From Candidatus Limnocylindria bacterium (GTDB lineage Bacteria > Chloroflexota > Limnocylindria > QHBO01), in contig JBBRWZ010000002.1 of NCBI GenBank assembly GCA_038248895.1, positions 9,847-73,846 of the forward strand: a stretch of DNA of 64,000 bases. Direction: 5' to 3'. The position numbers were made by a program, and so were the translations under genes. Below the pieces are notes generated by a model. The model had not been told where the DNA came from. It saw only the letters and a program-made list of their open reading frames with translations, and did no database searches. This document shows, in pieces, positions 60,036 through 64,000 of this stretch (position 1 is its first letter; each line of letters opens with the position of its first letter).

Positions 60036-61613
60036 ATGGTGCTCGGACAGGTCTGGCGACGCGTTGCCAACCGCCGCGTCGCGGATGCCGGGGCGCCGCT
60101 CGAGGCCATCGTCGAAGCCCCGCTCGAGGCTGCGCCGGCGGTCGAGATCCCGGAGAAGGATCCCCTGCTCCCGTATCTCGCCGCCGCGTCGGGGCCGGTG
60201 GACCTCGAGACCCTCGCCCTCGACACCCCGGCCGTCGCCCGGCTGCGCGCGGCCGGGGTCCGGCTCGTGGTGCCACTGGTGAGCTCCGGCGAACTGATCG
60301 GGACCCTCAACCTGGGACCGCGACTCTCGGAGCAGGACTACTCCTCGGACGACCGGCGCCTCCTCGACTCGCTCGCCGCGCAGGCGGCGCCGGCCCTGCG
60401 CGTGGCGCAGCTCGTGCGGCAGCAGGAGGCGGAGGCGCGCGAGCGACAGCGGATCGAGCAGGAGCTCCAGGTGGCGCAGCTCATCCAGCAGCACTTCCTC
60501 CCCGTCGATCTCCCCCAGCCGAGCGGCTGGAGCGTCGAGGCCTTCTACCGGCCGGCGCGCGCCGTCGGCGGCGACTTCTACGACGTCGTCGAGCGCCCCG
60601 ACGGGACGCTCGCCTTTGCCGTCGGGGACGTGACGGACAAGGGCGTTCCCGCGGCGATGGTCATGGCCGCCACGCGATCGTTGCTTCGTGCCGCGGGCGA
60701 GTCGCTGCGTGACCCCGGGGCGATCCTCGCCCAGGTCAACACGCTCCTCCACGGCGACATCCCGTCGCGGATGTTCGTCACCTGCCTCTATGGGATCCTC
60801 GACCCGCGGACCGGCGAGCTGCGCTTTGCCAACGCGGGACACAACCTGCCGTTCCTCCGCGGCGCTGATGGCACCGTCGAGCTGCGCGCCACGGGGATGC
60901 CGCTCGGCCTCCTGCCGGGGATGCGCTACGACGAGACGCGGGCGCGGATGGAGCCCGGCACGCAGCTGCTGCTGCACAGCGACGGCATCGCCGAGGCGCA
61001 CGATCCCGCCCGTCAGATGTTCGGCATCCCGCGCCTGGAGCAGGTGGTCGATGGCGCAGCCGAGCGGCGCGGCGGCCTCATCGGTGCCGTTCTCGCCGAG
61101 CTCGAGCAGTTCACGGGACCGGGCTGGGAGCAGGAGGACGACATCACGCTCGTCGCGCTCAGCTGGGACGGGTCGCAGCCGGCGACGGTCCTGCTCGAGA
61201 CCGAGATCCCGTCAGCGCCGGGCAACGAACGCCGCGCGATGCGCGCGGTCGCCGATGCCGTCGCCGGCGCCGGCCTCACGAAGCCGCAGCTCGACAGGCT
61301 CGGCACCGCCGTCGCCGAGGCGACGATGAACGCCATCGAGCACGGCAACCACAACAATCCGGAGTTGGCAATCTCGCTGCGGGTCTTCCGCGACGGCGAC
61401 GTCCTCACCGTGCAGATCGTCGACGTCGGCGGGCCCGACAGCATCCCGATCACCGAGACGCCCGACATCGAGGCGAAGCTGCGCGGCGAGCAGAAGCCAC
61501 GCGGCTGGGGGCTGTTCCTGATCCAGCAGCTCGTGGACGGGATGCGCGAGACGACCATCGACGGCCGTCACGCGGTGGAGCTCATCGTGCGCATCGCGAG
61601 GGAGCCGGCATGA
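60036..61613 (+). CDS. Fusion protein: partial GAF-like region + PP2C (SpoIIE/RsbU-type) phosphatase + RsbW/SpoIIAB-type HATPase kinase domain
   Basis: PP2C motifs are GGDFYD, VGDVTDKGVPAA, HSDGI and DDITLVAL. The C-terminal GHKL N-box is EATMNAIEHGN and the G-box is RGWGLFLIQQLVD. The start is ATG 60036 (GTG 60033 is possible). The tracked start 59901 overlaps the upstream gene and is Arg-rich junk. Confidence 0.88.
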   Translation: MVLGQVWRRVANRRVADAGAPLEAIVEAPLEAAPAVEIPEKDPLLPYLAAASGPVDLETLALDTPAVARLRAAGVRLVVPLVSSGELIGTLNLGPRLSEQDYSSDDRRLLDSLAAQAAPALRVAQLVRQQEAEARERQRIEQELQVAQLIQQHFLPVDLPQPSGWSVEAFYRPARAVGGDFYDVVERPDGTLAFAVGDVTDKGVPAAMVMAATRSLLRAAGESLRDPGAILAQVNTLLHGDIPSRMFVTCLYGILDPRTGELRFANAGHNLPFLRGADGTVELRATGMPLGLLPGMRYDETRARMEPGTQLLLHSDGIAEAHDPARQMFGIPRLEQVVDGAAERRGGLIGAVLAELEQFTGPGWEQEDDITLVALSWDGSQPATVLLETEIPSAPGNERRAMRAVADAVAGAGLTKPQLDRLGTAVAEATMNAIEHGNHNNPELAISLRVFRDGDVLTVQIVDVGGPDSIPITETPDIEAKLRGEQKPRGWGLFLIQQLVDGMRETTIDGRHAVELIVRIAREPA

Positions 61614-61990
61614 CCGATCCAACGACCGATCCGACGACCGCGCAGGTGGCCGCTCCCTTCCGCGCCACGCTGCGGGCCGGCACCGCCCTCGACGTCCTCG
61701 ACCTCAGCGGGGAGCTCGACGGCGCCGCCGCCGAGGCACTCACCAGCGCATTCGACGCGTCCCGCGCGCCGGTAGTGCTGCTGAACTTCGAGCGCGTTGG
61801 CTACATGAACAGCACCGGCATCGCGATCGTTGTCGAGCTCCTGGCCCGCGCGCAGGCCGACGGGCGGCGGATCGCCGCCTGCAACCTCTCCGCGCACTAC
61901 CTCCAGATCTTCGAGATCACCCGGCTCTCCGACTTCATCACCATCCACCCGAACGAGGCAGCAGCGCTGGCCGCATCTGCGGCGAGCTGA
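61610..61990 (+). CDS. STAS-domain anti-sigma-factor antagonist-like protein 1
   Basis: 126 aa, sharing an ATGA overlap with the upstream fusion gene. Carries LDLSGELDG and the phosphorylatable loop GYMNSTGIA. Confidence 0.88.
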   Translation: MTDPTTDPTTAQVAAPFRATLRAGTALDVLDLSGELDGAAAEALTSAFDASRAPVVLLNFERVGYMNSTGIAIVVELLARAQADGRRIAACNLSAHYLQIFEITRLSDFITIHPNEAAALAASAAS

Positions 61991-62003
61991 GGAGACCACG
62001 ATC

Positions 62004-62336
62004 ATGGACGTCCGCCACCCTACCGATCGCGTCAGCATCATCGACATCTCCGGCGAGCTGACCGGAGCGAGCGAGGACGCGCTCATGGACGCGTACCGGC
62101 TCGCGAGCCGTCCCGGGACGCGGGCCATCGCCCTGAACTTCGCGGACCTCGACTACATGAACAGCACCGGCATCGGTCTCCTCGTCACACTCCTCGTCCG
62201 GGCGAATCGCCAGCGCGAGCGGCTCCTCGCCTACGGCCTCACCGAGCATTACCGCGAGATCTTCTCGCTCACCCGGCTCGACGAGGCGATCAGCATCGTC
62301 GAGAGCGAGGCTGACGTCCTCGCCGCGGCCGCCTGA
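62004..62336 (+). CDS. STAS-domain anti-sigma-factor antagonist-like protein 2
   Basis: ATG 62004 lies 9 nt after GAGGAG (61989-61994). 110 aa. Carries IDISGELTG and DYMNSTGIG. Confidence 0.88.
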   Translation: MDVRHPTDRVSIIDISGELTGASEDALMDAYRLASRPGTRAIALNFADLDYMNSTGIGLLVTLLVRANRQRERLLAYGLTEHYREIFSLTRLDEAISIVESEADVLAAAA

Positions 62337-62374
62337 CCGATGCCATCGCGGATCATCTGTCCCACACCGTCCGC

Positions 62375-63811
62375 GTGACGCCCGGCAATCACCTCGACGC
62401 CGTCGTCGTCGGTGCCGGCCCGAACGGGCTCGCCGCTGCGATCGCGCTCCAGCGCGCCGGACGGCAGGTCCACGTCATCGAGGCGGACGAGCGCATCGGT
62501 GGCGGCTGCCGGACGGCCGACCTGACACTCCCCGGCTTTCATCACGACGTCTGCAGCGCGGTCCACCCGCTCGGCCGCAGCTCCCCCTTCTTCGCTTCCC
62601 TGCCCCTCGAGCGCCACGGCCTGCACTGGATCGAGTCGCCGGTCGAGATGGCGCACCCGCTCGACGGTGGACGCGCCGCGCTCGTCCTGCGCGATGTCGA
62701 CGCCACCGCCAATGGCCTCGGCCGGGACGCCGGGCGCTACCGGGCCCTGGTCGGCCAGCCATCACGGGCATGGGCCACCATCGCGCGCGACCTGCTGGGC
62801 CCGCTCCGCCCGTTCCGTGCCCTGCGGCACCCGCTGACATCGGTGGGCCTCGCGGCCCGCGGCATCCTCCCCACCGCGGCCCTGGTACGGGCATTCCGCA
62901 CCGAGGAGGCGCGCGCCATCCTGGCCGGCGTCAGCGCGCATTCGATGCTGCCGCTCGACGCCCTTGCGACGGGGATGTTCGGAACGACCCTGCTCGCGAG
63001 CGCCCATGCCGTCGGCTGGCCGATCCCCGCCGGTGGCAGCCAGGCGATCGTCGATGCGCTCGCTGCACACCTCGTGGAGCTCGGCGGCTCGATCGAAACC
63101 GGGATGCGGATCGAGCGCATGGGGCAACTGCCCTCTCACCGTGCCGCGTTGCTCGACGTCACGCCACGCCAGCTCCTCGCCATCGCCGGCGACCGCATCC
63201 GCGGGGCGTATGCGGCACAGCTGCGCCGCTTCCGCTACGGGCCGGGTGTCTTCAAGCTCGACCTCGCCCTCGACGGCCCGGTGCCGTGGACGAACCCGCG
63301 CGTCGGCGACGCGATCACCGTCCACGTCGGCGGCACGTACGAGGAGATCGCCACCTCGGAACACGCGGTCCACCGCGGCCGCGTCAGCGACCGTCCCTTC
63401 GTGCTGGTCGCCCAGCCGTCGCGCTTCGACCCGACGCGGGCGCCGGCCGGGAAGCACACGCTGTGGGCGTACTGTCACGTACCGCCGGGCGCGGAGACCG
63501 ACATGACGGAGCCGATCCTGCGCCAGATCGAGCGCTTCGCGCCGGGCTTCAGGGATTTGATCATCGGTCGCCACGCCATCGGTCCGGCCGCCATGGAGGC
63601 GTACAACGCGAATTATGTCGGCGGCGACATCAACGGCGGCCTCCAGTCGCTCGCCCAGTTCGTGACCCGCCCCGCCGTCCGCCTCGACCCGTACTCGACC
63701 CCGGATCCGGGGATCTTCATCTGCTCCTCGTCGACCCCGCCGGGCGGTGGCGTTCATGGGCTGTGCGGCGCGCACGCCGCCGCGAGCGCGCTGCGTGATG
63801 TGCTCGCCTGA
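62375..63811 (+). CDS. NAD(P)/FAD-dependent oxidoreductase of the phytoene desaturase (CrtI/CrtD-like) family
   Basis: GTG start. 478 aa. The dinucleotide-binding motif is VVVGAGPNGLAAAIAL...VIEADERIGGG. The C-terminus carries GGGVHG, typical of this family. Confidence 0.87.
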   Translation: MTPGNHLDAVVVGAGPNGLAAAIALQRAGRQVHVIEADERIGGGCRTADLTLPGFHHDVCSAVHPLGRSSPFFASLPLERHGLHWIESPVEMAHPLDGGRAALVLRDVDATANGLGRDAGRYRALVGQPSRAWATIARDLLGPLRPFRALRHPLTSVGLAARGILPTAALVRAFRTEEARAILAGVSAHSMLPLDALATGMFGTTLLASAHAVGWPIPAGGSQAIVDALAAHLVELGGSIETGMRIERMGQLPSHRAALLDVTPRQLLAIAGDRIRGAYAAQLRRFRYGPGVFKLDLALDGPVPWTNPRVGDAITVHVGGTYEEIATSEHAVHRGRVSDRPFVLVAQPSRFDPTRAPAGKHTLWAYCHVPPGAETDMTEPILRQIERFAPGFRDLIIGRHAIGPAAMEAYNANYVGGDINGGLQSLAQFVTRPAVRLDPYSTPDPGIFICSSSTPPGGGVHGLCGAHAAASALRDVLA

Positions 63812-63862
63812 CGGCCGCCGTGCCGTAACGATTGCGGGACGCGCCATCGCCACCATCGGTCC

Positions 63863-64000
63863 ATGAGCAGTCGCATGGAGCCGACACCGATGCAGTCCGA
63901 ACCGTCCGCACCTCCCGAGACGCCCGCCGGTCGCCGCCGCGATACCGATGCTTGGGCACGACCTATCACGCGGCTGCACGTCGCCGCACGGACCGATGGC
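63863..64000 (+). CDS. Possible start of a CDS running off the window (unknown product)
   Basis: From ATG 63863, 46 sense codons stay open to the window end (MSSRMEPTPMQSEPSAPPETPAGRRRDTDAWARPITRLHVAARTDG). There is no clear SD and no family is recognised. Confidence 0.3.
   Translation, partial: MSSRMEPTPMQSEPSAPPETPAGRRRDTDAWARPITRLHVAARTDG

Overview
Very GC-rich (about 70% by eye, not computed), gene-dense chromosomal segment. I call about 62 protein-coding genes. I recognised no rRNA, tRNA, CRISPR array, transposase or integrase. Many adjacent genes share 4-nt ATGA/GTGA stop-start overlaps.

Blocks:
- (i) 1-14.6 kb: purine/urate catabolism. It holds a three-subunit xanthine dehydrogenase, malate synthase, a hydantoinase-family amidohydrolase, an FMN hydroxy-acid oxidase, HIU hydrolase, a GNAT::OHCU-decarboxylase fusion and uricase, interspersed with uncharacterised genes.
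- (ii) 15.2-34.7 kb: housekeeping genes (ruvA, ruvC, yebC, an EF-G paralogue, tyrS, a class A PBP, mutS2, mpg, cvpA, pheST, rplT, rpmI, infC, thrS).
- (iii) 34.9-37.4 kb: paaABCD.
- (iv) 37.5-43 kb: envelope genes (DAG-kinase-like lipid kinase, SGNH hydrolase, PilZ-containing BcsA-like glycosyltransferase, secreted two-domain protein).
- (v) 43-54 kb: mixed (Mo-oxidoreductase, msrB, lipoprotein, DUF3090, XRE-TPR regulator, ligD, pdxH, ribokinase, rhodanese, SufE-like).
- (vi) 54-64 kb: a signalling cluster (SARP/NTPase/TPR regulator, two kinase-less sensor-like membrane paralogues, cupredoxin-like lipoprotein, PP2C::RsbW fusion, two STAS proteins, flavoprotein).

Synteny such as thrS-...-infC-rpmI-rplT-pheST-cvpA-...-mutS2 suggests a monoderm high-GC lineage (Actinobacteria- or Chloroflexi-like). 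The taxon cannot be fixed from sequence alone.

Candidates most worth follow-up:
- An XRE-HTH/TPR regulator divergently paired with a 39-codon signal-peptide ORF (possible RNPP/Rgg-like peptide signalling).
- The sigma-less partner-switching/sensor cluster at 54-62 kb.
- An orphan PilZ-BcsA-like synthase with a secreted His/Cys-dyad + DPBB protein.
- A 180-bp nested dyad of AT-rich palindromes at 6.09-6.27 kb.
- The uncharacterised genes embedded in the urate pathway.

All functional calls rest on my reading of the translated ORFs and on motifs visible in them. No database search was run.
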